From Acidobacteriota bacterium (GTDB lineage: Bacteria > Acidobacteriota > UBA6911): a DNA stretch of 64,000 bases. Positions within the stretch are counted from its first letter, which is position 1, and each line of letters opens with the position of its first letter. Where the stretch lies: the NCBI GenBank assembly GCA_016929335.1, contig JAFGIY010000118.1, positions 34,494 through 98,493 of the forward strand, read 5' to 3'. Of the stretch, positions 10,234 through 18,385 are shown piece by piece. Both the position numbers and the translations under genes were made by a program. The notes below the pieces were generated by a model. The model saw nothing but the letters and a program-made list of their open reading frames with translations. It was not told where the DNA came from and did no database searches.

Positions 10234-11091
10234 CTATTGAATATGGAAATTCTGCGGATCAATCGCCTCGTTATGGCTTATCTGCTTGATATCCGCAGCC
10301 CATCGGGTCGGCTGATCGCTTGCAAACGGACTGTATTCAATCGAGTATCCATGGGGAAGCATCAGCCCATCGACACTCTTAAAGCTTCCGAACCTTTCCA
10401 GCACAATGAGAGTAGGCCGCTCTGTCGCTCCGCCCGTCAGCACGTACTCGGTCATCAAGTGGCGGTAGCTTTCCAGGTCGAGAAAAATGTGGATGGTGGT
10501 GTTGATCAGATGCCGGCTGCTTTTAGGCTTGTAAGTCAGCTGGTGATATTTGACTCCGTTAATATCTTCAATTTTATAGCTCAATTTGAATTTGGCGTCC
10601 TTGATATTCAGCAAGGGCCAGGCAGTGGATAAAGTGCCTCCCAGGAGGCCTTCCCTCATCAGGCCGCTGTATGAATAGATAAAACTCCCCAGCTGAGACC
10701 GGTTGTTGACCACGGTGATGCCGACCGAGGCATCCTTTCCATCGAAGGCAAAGTGTTCGCCGCGATATTGCTGGTCGTAGAACTTCATGATCATCCCCAG
10801 TTTTTCCCCCTCCGAAACAAAAAGGAAATTCGTGGGATCCGTTCGCTTGCCCGGCTCCGGTAATACCTGGGGAGTCGTTCCAATCGGCCTCTGAACGGCG
10901 GTTATTCCGTAAATTGAGCGCGATTTGACTGCGGATAGCGCTTCCGGGCTGCCGATCGATTCGAGATGCTTGGCGACAACTTCCTGGGGAGTAAGCTTTT
11001 TTTCCTTGGCGTAGGATTTTTCAAATCGGATAGCGCTCAACGACAAGCACAACAAGATTGCCAGCAAACTGAAGCTATACCTCTTTGCCAT
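10234..11091 (-). CDS. Hypothetical secreted protein (possibly LolA-like fold)
   Basis: Signal peptide; EVVAKHLESIG; VDGLMLP; AAGGAG SD. Confidence 0.7.
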   Translation of the reverse strand: MAKRYSFSLLAILLCLSLSAIRFEKSYAKEKKLTPQEVVAKHLESIGSPEALSAVKSRSIYGITAVQRPIGTTPQVLPEPGKRTDPTNFLFVSEGEKLGMIMKFYDQQYRGEHFAFDGKDASVGITVVNNRSQLGSFIYSYSGLMREGLLGGTLSTAWPLLNIKDAKFKLSYKIEDINGVKYHQLTYKPKSSRHLINTTIHIFLDLESYRHLMTEYVLTGGATERPTLIVLERFGSFKSVDGLMLPHGYSIEYSPFASDQPTRWAADIKQISHNEAIDPQNFHIQ

Positions 11092-11557
11092 GACTTTCTC
11101 CTTTTATATTCACAGCACTGACCGGGATGAATTCTCTATTCCCACTGCGCAACAGGCTCAGTGCCCATAGCGCACAGATTGTTTCCGCCGCGTATGAGCA
11201 CCTTGCATCCTACTCAGACCATTTTGCCGAATGTAATCATCATAGCATGGAAATCCATGAAAATAGGGATGCCCTTCACTATAAACAGACTCAAATATCT
11301 GCCTGGCACTTGCCGACCAGCGCGCATGGTAATGAAGCTGATCGTTCTCCAATCCTGCTCCTAAGCAGCGAAATTTTGATGTTTTAAAGATTTCTCTTGC
11401 AAATTCGGCTGATTTTACATTTAATTAACATTAACTAGTTCCTTAGTTCGATAAGGGGCATTGCGCAGGCACGTATTTTGTTGATTCTCGCTGATTTTTC
11501 GAGACACCAAGTCTAAGGACATTAGTTGTAGGTTCTTCGTCAGAGCTCGGAGGTCCT

Positions 11558-11884
11558 ATGGCTTATAATCGGCGTATGCTTTTGAAGGAAGTGGATGATC
11601 TCATTTCCAAAAATCCTCGTATCAGGCTTTCCGAGATTGCCAGTTCGCTCAAGGTGAATCGTCACACGATCGAAAATGCGATGCGATCAAGCCGGAAATT
11701 ATCCTTTCGCGATTATCGGCGCCGGGAGCTGATGCAAATGGTGCGGTCCATGCTTAGCTGGCCGCATGCATCGATAAAAGAGGTGGGGATCAAGCTTGGA
11801 TATGGGTCGGCGGCATCTTTCTGTCGTTTCGTCCAGCAATCGACCGGCAAGAGTCCGAGTCAGCTTCGGGAGGATGAAATCTAG
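11558..11884 (+). CDS. Stand-alone AraC-type HTH protein
   Basis: SIKEVGIKLGYGSAASFCRFVQQSTGKSPSQLR; GGAGG SD. Confidence 0.85.
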   Translation: MAYNRRMLLKEVDDLISKNPRIRLSEIASSLKVNRHTIENAMRSSRKLSFRDYRRRELMQMVRSMLSWPHASIKEVGIKLGYGSAASFCRFVQQSTGKSPSQLREDEI

Positions 11885-12074
11885 CTCGGGATTTAATGGA
11901 TAAGCAATTCCCGGCATTAGATCTTCATGAAGCAACGGGACGGCGAACAAACCGCGATCCCTGGAATTGAGAGGAGGGGCTAAATTCTTGGCAGGATGTC
12001 CCGATTAGGGATTTAATATTTTTTCGCTCAAAATTTTCTGGGACAGGATTGAGCGAATCGACAACATGTTCAGC

Positions 12075-12117
12075 AAAAAACTCCCCTGCGCGGGCATGTC
12101 GTGCAGGGGAGTTTTTT
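12075..12117. terminator. Bidirectional intrinsic terminator
   Basis: AAAAAACTCCCCTGC...GCAGGGGAGTTTTTT between convergent genes. Confidence 0.8.
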
Positions 12118-12159
12118 AGCGAATAGCGGTCTTTCTGCTGGATTTATGGCGGCAGCCTG

Positions 12160-12627
12160 CTATTTGCCGACTCTTTTTGCAACCATCTCCTGCGGTCCTG
12201 CAGGTGGTCCGCCGAAACCGCCGCCGCCACCACCGGCATCTTCGGCAGTGAATTTAATTTCATTGCCGATAACTTTGCCCTTATATTGGGTTTTCGTCTC
12301 CATCCCGAACATCTGGGCTACGACGGCAAATGAGATTTCATCCCCGGAGACTTTTCCTTCGGAAATCTGCTGAGGATCTCCGCGCCGGGTTTTAAGCGTA
12401 CCCGTCATTGCAGCCTTCCCCGTTTCCTGGAAGGTGGCAAGGGTAACCTGCCAGTCTTCAATTGTGCCGGTCAGGTTTTCGCCGGAAACCTGAAAATTAA
12501 AAACGCGCTCGGAATTCCCTCCCATCATCGGATTGCTGACCTGAGCCATCCACTTGCCGTTGATATCGGCAGCGCTGCAGGCTGCGGCAAAAACCAATGT
12601 CATGAATAATACAAGATAAACTCTCAT
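12160..12627 (-). CDS. Hypothetical secreted protein (Acidobacteria-type ADxxGKW family)
   Basis: Signal peptide, ADINGKW, EGKVSGDEISF, Gly-rich tail; GGAGG SD. Confidence 0.75.
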   Translation of the reverse strand: MRVYLVLFMTLVFAAACSAADINGKWMAQVSNPMMGGNSERVFNFQVSGENLTGTIEDWQVTLATFQETGKAAMTGTLKTRRGDPQQISEGKVSGDEISFAVVAQMFGMETKTQYKGKVIGNEIKFTAEDAGGGGGGFGGPPAGPQEMVAKRVGK

Positions 12628-12826
12628 ATATCTGTTTCCTCCGCATCGGATTTATTTCTTTACAATTACGCTTACGCACCTATGAGAATCAGTGTTACAG
12701 ACGGGATCGTCTTTTTTCTGTTTTTGTTGTTTTTCTGCTTGTGAAATTCTGCGAATGCCGATCAAAATAGAACCGTGGATCACCTCGGAATCAGCCTTGG
12801 GACCATAACAGGAAACGTGCATTGCG

Positions 12827-14239
12827 ATGACTCATAAAAGCATTTTAGATACGGAAAGCATTGGAAGACTGCTGTTTAAACTGGCGGTGCCTGCCTTTTT
12901 CGGCATGCTGGTGATGGCATTATATAACATCGTCGACACAATCTTTATCGGCCGCTACGTTGGCTCGCTGGGCATAGCCGGATTGTCCATTGTGTTCCCA
13001 TTTCAGATGCTCGCCCAGGGCTTTGGAATGATGGCGGGAATCGGCGGGGCTTCCCTGGTTTCAAGGAGCCTGGGAGCCAGGAACATAGGCAAAGCCGAGC
13101 ATGCGATGGGCAATGCGATTCTGCTCGGTTCCGTATTCGGCATCGCCATGAGCATCATCATTCTGTTCAACATGGACTTCTGGCTGGGGATGGCGGGGGC
13201 AACCGAATCGATATTGCCCTATGCGCGCGATTACATGGAAGTGGTCATTGCATTTGCCATTCTTATGACTCTGGTTATGGCTTTTCACAGTGTCGTAGTC
13301 GCCGAAGGAAATGCAAAGATGCCGATGATATCCATGATCTGCGGCGCCATCCTAAACATTATCCTGGACGCTGTTTTTATCATTCCTCTTAAAATGGGGA
13401 TTCGAGGAGCAGCCATTGCGACCATGATCAGCAACGGAGCCTCGCTGGTCTGTTTTCTCTGCTATTTCTTTTACGGGAAGAGCACTCTAAGGCTGAAGCT
13501 GAAAATCTTTCGGCCCGATTTCAAAATCATCAGGCAGATCGTTGTTATTGGAGTCTCCGGCCTGGCCATGACACTTTCCAACAGCTTCTCTGCCATTTTC
13601 CTCAATAACCTTCTGGTGATTCATGGCGGAGATATGGCCGTGTCCACCTTCGGCTTAATCAATCGGGCCATGGTTTTCATTTTTATGCCTTGCATGGTTA
13701 TCGGACAAGGGATGCAGCCTATTATTGGATTCAACTACGGAGCCCGGCAATATGACAGAGTGTTTAGAGCACTTAAGATCTCCCTTAGCTGGGCGACCGG
13801 CATTGCCACGGCAGGCTTTCTGATCTTCTATTTCTTCCCGGGCCGAATCATGAGCATCTTTACTACGGATCAGGACCTGATTGCGCAGACGATCTATGCC
13901 AGCAAACGGATGTTTCTGGGCATCTATTTGCTCGGCTTTATTTCGGTATCATCGATCGTTTTTCAGGCATTAGGCAAAGCCGTACAGTCCTTTATTGCAT
14001 CGGTAGCCAGACCCGCTCTGCTTCTGATACCCGTTCTATACATACTGTCCAGCATCTGGCATATGGACGGCATCTGGTACACCTTCCCGCTTACAGATGC
14101 ACTGACTGCACTGGTTATATTGCTATTGCTTCTGCCGCTCATCAGAGACCTGCAGAGGAGAAGAGATTCAGAAGCGAAAAATACAGGATCCATGGCGACC
14201 GCTGTTGTCGAAGCGGAGCAGTCGCCGATCCAGCCCTGA
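12827..14239 (+). CDS. MATE family efflux transporter (MepA-like)
   Basis: LYNIVDTIFIG, NIILD, GIRGAAIAT, QPIIGFNYGA; about 12 TM. Confidence 0.92.
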   Translation: MTHKSILDTESIGRLLFKLAVPAFFGMLVMALYNIVDTIFIGRYVGSLGIAGLSIVFPFQMLAQGFGMMAGIGGASLVSRSLGARNIGKAEHAMGNAILLGSVFGIAMSIIILFNMDFWLGMAGATESILPYARDYMEVVIAFAILMTLVMAFHSVVVAEGNAKMPMISMICGAILNIILDAVFIIPLKMGIRGAAIATMISNGASLVCFLCYFFYGKSTLRLKLKIFRPDFKIIRQIVVIGVSGLAMTLSNSFSAIFLNNLLVIHGGDMAVSTFGLINRAMVFIFMPCMVIGQGMQPIIGFNYGARQYDRVFRALKISLSWATGIATAGFLIFYFFPGRIMSIFTTDQDLIAQTIYASKRMFLGIYLLGFISVSSIVFQALGKAVQSFIASVARPALLLIPVLYILSSIWHMDGIWYTFPLTDALTALVILLLLLPLIRDLQRRRDSEAKNTGSMATAVVEAEQSPIQP

Positions 14240-14269
14240 TTCTTCAGGGGCGATAGAGGGGATTCAGCC

Positions 14270-15220
14270 ATGCTTGCTATTACTGGAGCCACGGGAGAAA
14301 TCGGTGGCAGAGTTGCAGCGCGGATTTCCAGGCTTGGACTTGCTCAGCGGCTGATCGTGCGCGATGCTGCCCGGGCTCCTCAACTGTCAGGAGCAGAGAT
14401 AGCCGCCGCCTCTTCCTACGGAGATACCATCGCGATGGGTCGCGCGCTATCCGGCGCTCGAACTCTGTTCTTCGTTTCCGCTCGCGATCGGTTTGGCGCT
14501 GCTCATATTAGTGCAAAAAGGGGGGAGCCGCCTCCTCAATACGATCGGTTGCAGCAACAACTTGCCGTTTTGAAGGCGGCTGTGGCTGCGGGCATACAGC
14601 ATATTGTCTATCTTTCCGTAATAAACGCAGCTCCCGATGCCACCTTCATCCTTGCCCACGACCATTTTTATACAGAGCAGAGGATCCGGGAATCGGGCGT
14701 GCCTTTTACATTCGTGCGCGCCAACCTGTATATGGATAACGTGCCGCAAAGCGTCTCGGCAGACGATATTATCCGCGCACCGGCCGGCAATGGACAAGCT
14801 GCATGGGTTACCCGCGATGACATCGCAGACGTTGCAGTAGCTATATTGACCGGCTCAGGGCACGAGGGCCGCAGCTATGATGTGACTGGCCCGGAAGCAC
14901 TCACTATGACTGAGACTGCGGAACGGCTGTCTGCCGTTGTAGGACGCAAGATAATCTATCGGGCGCAGACTCCGGAGGAAGCCAGGACAACACGTTCCAC
15001 AAGCCGATTGGAAAAGTATGAAGCAGAACGGCGGCAGTTGACCGGACATGGTCTGGATGACTATGAGGTGGAAGTCTTTGTTACACATTTTTTGCAGATC
15101 GCGCACGGTGAATTGGCCGGCGTCAGCAATACAGTTCCGGCACTGACCGGACGACGCGCACAATCCTTGGAAGATTACCTCCGGCAACACCCCGAAAGCT
15201 ACAGCCACCTCCTCCGATAG
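14270..15220 (+). CDS. NmrA-like/atypical SDR NAD(P)H-binding oxidoreductase
   Basis: ITGATGEIG, HIVYLS, VTRDDIA, YDVTGPEAL. Confidence 0.88.
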   Translation: MLAITGATGEIGGRVAARISRLGLAQRLIVRDAARAPQLSGAEIAAASSYGDTIAMGRALSGARTLFFVSARDRFGAAHISAKRGEPPPQYDRLQQQLAVLKAAVAAGIQHIVYLSVINAAPDATFILAHDHFYTEQRIRESGVPFTFVRANLYMDNVPQSVSADDIIRAPAGNGQAAWVTRDDIADVAVAILTGSGHEGRSYDVTGPEALTMTETAERLSAVVGRKIIYRAQTPEEARTTRSTSRLEKYEAERRQLTGHGLDDYEVEVFVTHFLQIAHGELAGVSNTVPALTGRRAQSLEDYLRQHPESYSHLLR

Positions 15221-15307
15221 GCAGGGGACAGTCTCCAGTGTCCCCGACTGCCTGATCATAGTAGTATGAACAGAAGGCAACGGCATAAGCATTGAAAGGA
15301 GAATTGC

Positions 15308-16090
15308 ATGGCTACTTTGAGCGATTTTAACCGCTATGGAGAAGAAATTCAGAAACTCATGCTGTTGAGAACATACCCAATAGCAGTGAAAATGCTGGAA
15401 AAGGAATCGGATATCCCGAAGGGAGCCTTGAGGCCCAAAAGAGACCGCGGATACCATCTTGCGCAATGCCAGGCCTTTTCTCTGTCGCGACGGCAGGGGA
15501 ATACCGTCGCCATGCTGAAAGAAGACAATTGGTGCTGGGGCGCTTTGATGGCTTACGGGCTTGTGGATCCACGAGTGGCCGAGCATTACCCTGAACTCAA
15601 AGATGAGGTGAAGAAGATCCCGGCGATTGAACATGGAAGGTATGTCGGCGTGGTTTCTGCGCCGTTAAAGACCTCCGGTTTTTTACCCGATATCGTGCTC
15701 ATTTATTCCAATAATGCCCAATTGAACAACATGCTCCATGCCTTGTCCTTCAAAGGCGAAGGCGTGATCTCATCCCCGCTGTACGCAATCGCATCCTGCG
15801 CCTTCTCGGTCGTGCCGGCGCTTTCAGGGCAGTACTGCGTCACGCTGCCGGATCCCGGCGAACTTGGACGGGCTTTGGCCGGAGAAGATGAAATCATTTT
15901 CTCGGTACCGAAAGAAAAAATGGAAGGACTGGTATCGCAGCTGAAAATGTTTGAGGAAAGGGGATTCGGGTACAGGCATCATGCTTTTCTGGAAATGAGG
16001 CCTGATTTCCCACGGCCGGAGTTCTACAAAAAACTCTTTCGGGAATGCGGACTGGATGCCGACGATATCCCGACATGGCCGGTTCAATAA
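15308..16090 (+). CDS. DUF169 family protein
   Basis: YPIAVKM, AQCQAF, NWCWG, PDIVLIY, SCA, PDPGE; AAGGAG SD. Confidence 0.8.
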   Translation: MATLSDFNRYGEEIQKLMLLRTYPIAVKMLEKESDIPKGALRPKRDRGYHLAQCQAFSLSRRQGNTVAMLKEDNWCWGALMAYGLVDPRVAEHYPELKDEVKKIPAIEHGRYVGVVSAPLKTSGFLPDIVLIYSNNAQLNNMLHALSFKGEGVISSPLYAIASCAFSVVPALSGQYCVTLPDPGELGRALAGEDEIIFSVPKEKMEGLVSQLKMFEERGFGYRHHAFLEMRPDFPRPEFYKKLFRECGLDADDIPTWPVQ

Positions 16091-16097
16091 TTCCGGT

Positions 16098-16799
16098 TCA
16101 GCGGATCCCATTTCGCAGCCGCCGGTAATAGGAGTCGGACAGGTAAAGAGCCGCCAATGGATTATGTGCCATCAGCCTATCCTTCACGGCCAGCACGGTC
16201 AACGGAACGGCGCAATATTTTATGAATAGAGTGTCGTGTCCTATGCAGAGGCCCAGCATAACAGCGAGATCCACCTGCGCATTATTGATAATCATAGCCT
16301 GGGCAATCGGATTGCACATGCTCTCCCAATTGTCCGGACCGGCAATTTTTTCTTCCGGTTTAATGCCGATTGACTCTTTCGGAACACATCCGGCTTTGCA
16401 CTGGACAGAAATTACGTCGAAGCCGTTATTTTCCAGTATGTCGGTCAAAACACCGGCTTCCTTGATTAATCCAGCACAGTGAGCGATGCCAAGTCTCCTG
16501 TAACCGCATTTTCTGGCGAACTGAATCAACTCTTCGATACGGGGAAGCTTCGGTCTTATTCCGTCGGATAGACGCTCGTAGCACTGGAATTCTTGCACCG
16601 AGGCCAGCCTGGCGAATTCCTGAACTGCCGGCTTCTCATATTCGGCTGCCGCCTCGGAAAAAACCCCAGGCATCAGCTTCATGGGACAAAAACCCGGAAG
16701 CTTTTCCTGAGTGGGAGGATTATCACCCATCTTCGCTCCGCGGTTTTCACAAATCCTGACAGTACAGCGTGCACATTTTGGCATCTGTTTATCGACCAT
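16098..16799 (-). CDS. DUF1847 family Cys-rich metal-binding protein
   Basis: RIEELIQFA, LGIAHCAGL, CKAG, MCNPIAQA, GLCIGHD, VKDR..HNP. Confidence 0.85.
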   Translation of the reverse strand: MVDKQMPKCARCTVRICENRGAKMGDNPPTQEKLPGFCPMKLMPGVFSEAAAEYEKPAVQEFARLASVQEFQCYERLSDGIRPKLPRIEELIQFARKCGYRRLGIAHCAGLIKEAGVLTDILENNGFDVISVQCKAGCVPKESIGIKPEEKIAGPDNWESMCNPIAQAMIINNAQVDLAVMLGLCIGHDTLFIKYCAVPLTVLAVKDRLMAHNPLAALYLSDSYYRRLRNGIR

Positions 16800-16873
16800 A
16801 GTACATCCTCTTGCCGAATGATAAAGGGAAACCGAAAGCTTGCGGATTCCGCACATTGACCGGTTGAACCGGC

Positions 16874-16934
16874 CCAGTCTGCAATATTCATGAAGCCTCT
16901 GCGGCGACGTATCTTCATAAATAATACAGCCTAG
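16874..16934. repeat. Degenerate short sibling of the MITE sharing the CTAG junction
   Basis: CCAGTCTGCAATATTCATGAAG / CTTCATAAATAATACAGCCTAG pair at 17 of 22 positions. Confidence 0.5.
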
Positions 16935-17114
16935 CCCGCTTTATTCATGAAGCTTCTGCTACGGCGGCGGATCCGGGCATGTCTGCTGCGTTGCGCTCGG
17001 TCGGATCCCTCGACGTACTGTCGAGTACGCCTTCGGAATCCTCCCGTCGCGCGCCTTGCAGCCACGCCCGTCTGCACCGCCTCGCAACGAACCTTCATGA
17101 ATAAAGCGGGCTAG
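16931..17114. mobile_element. MITE-like element with perfect 22-bp terminal inverted repeats ending in CTAG
   Basis: CTAGCCCGCTTTATTCATGAAG (16931-16952) and its exact reverse complement (17093-17114); no ORF. Confidence 0.75.
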
Positions 17115-17491
17115 TATATTTCAAGGTTGCGATACCGAATTGCGGCCTCAAAAATTCGGCCGCAGGATAAAAATCCCAGCGCATGCCTGCTGCCACGAGC
17201 AACCAACAGCCGGCTGCCCGTTTGTGCTTCTACCTCCGGAGGCAAAAACACCCGGCTTCTTTTATCGATCCTCCCCTGAGCCAGCACTCGCTCCATTAAC
17301 AGCAACGGCAGCCTATCGGCTCGACCGATTCCAAATCCACCCGAGGATCGGCTGCTTCTGGTAAATGCAATTTCATCCCCAGACCGGAAGCCATATTCCA
17401 CGCATGCATCCGGAGGAAGGATTATGCTCCTCTCTCTTCGCACAACAACCCATCCATAAACCCATTTGCCGCCCTTTTCCAGTTGAGGCAC
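17111..17491 (-). CDS. Hypothetical protein, possible tandem AbrB-like domains
   Basis: GTG start after GGGAG; two similar ..LPPD/E segments; stop codon is the MITE CTAG. Confidence 0.6.
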   Translation of the reverse strand: MPQLEKGGKWVYGWVVVRRERSIILPPDACVEYGFRSGDEIAFTRSSRSSGGFGIGRADRLPLLLMERVLAQGRIDKRSRVFLPPEVEAQTGSRLLVARGSRHALGFLSCGRIFEAAIRYRNLEIY

Positions 17492-17664
17492 AGTCACGCT
17501 CTCCCGCTCAAACCGCGTGCACGACCAATTTCCGAAATAAACTGGCAATTTGCCCGATTTGCAAAAGCAATACGATTGCAATCTGCAACATTATGACTGC
17601 ATATCCACCCATTTCAGACCTGCTGTCCTCATAATAATCAGGATTTAGGCTGCAGTCGCTGATA

Positions 17665-17680
17665 TGGCATGAACCATGCA
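17665..17680 (+). promoter_or_regulatory. Possible sigma54 -24/-12 promoter
   Basis: TGGCATGAACCATGCA (GG-N10-GC); TTGCAATCTGCAA box about 80 bp upstream. Confidence 0.4.
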
Positions 17681-18041
17681 TACGATTTTATAGCCGGAGC
17701 CGGAAGATATTTTAAACAAAATTCGCATATCCATGTAATCCGCAATGGCTGGAGGTTAGGTTCGGATCGAACGATGCTCCTCTCCGGTTTATGAGTAACA
17801 TCAACTGGACTTACGGGAACGAAATCTTGGTCTCTGTCCGAGGAATGCGCTAAAATGAAACCTGTATCTCCTGTTTTTATGTGTGCAGTTCATCCTGCTG
17901 TTGCTTTCATTTTGGCTCAAAAAAAATCTCATGGCCGACACATGGAGGCAGAGGACAGAATCAGATTATCCGGCCCGGCTTCTCGAGATGATGGGGTTTC
18001 CATCAATATCGTGTCCTGAGAATGCCTTAAAGGTATCAAAA

Positions 18042-18347
18042 ATGCCTGAAAATATTTCAGAAGAAGATGTTGATAAACCAAAGCCTAAGATCTTGAAGTA
18101 TTATTTGCGTGCAGCCATAGTCGGAGCCATAGCTGCGTTGTCCGGCGCTTTTGCCTACTGTGTGTATGATGGCTATGTTCGCCTGCATGAAGGTCTATGC
18201 AATTGCGCAAAATACGCGGCCTTTGTAACGGCTGCATTCAGCCACCCTATCGTGATCATCGGCGCTTTTGCCGGAATTTCAGTCCTTTCCCTCGTGTATT
18301 TGATCAAGGTGGTATTTAAAATCTTCCGCCACCATCGATGCGGATGA
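18042..18347 (+). CDS. Hypothetical 2-TM membrane protein
   Basis: Two hydrophobic helices with a CNC loop; start uncertain (17883 or 18042). Confidence 0.45.
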   Translation: MPENISEEDVDKPKPKILKYYLRAAIVGAIAALSGAFAYCVYDGYVRLHEGLCNCAKYAAFVTAAFSHPIVIIGAFAGISVLSLVYLIKVVFKIFRHHRCG

Positions 18348-18385
18348 TATCGTCCGGCCGGAACGGGCAAGAAGCGGGAAGGAAT

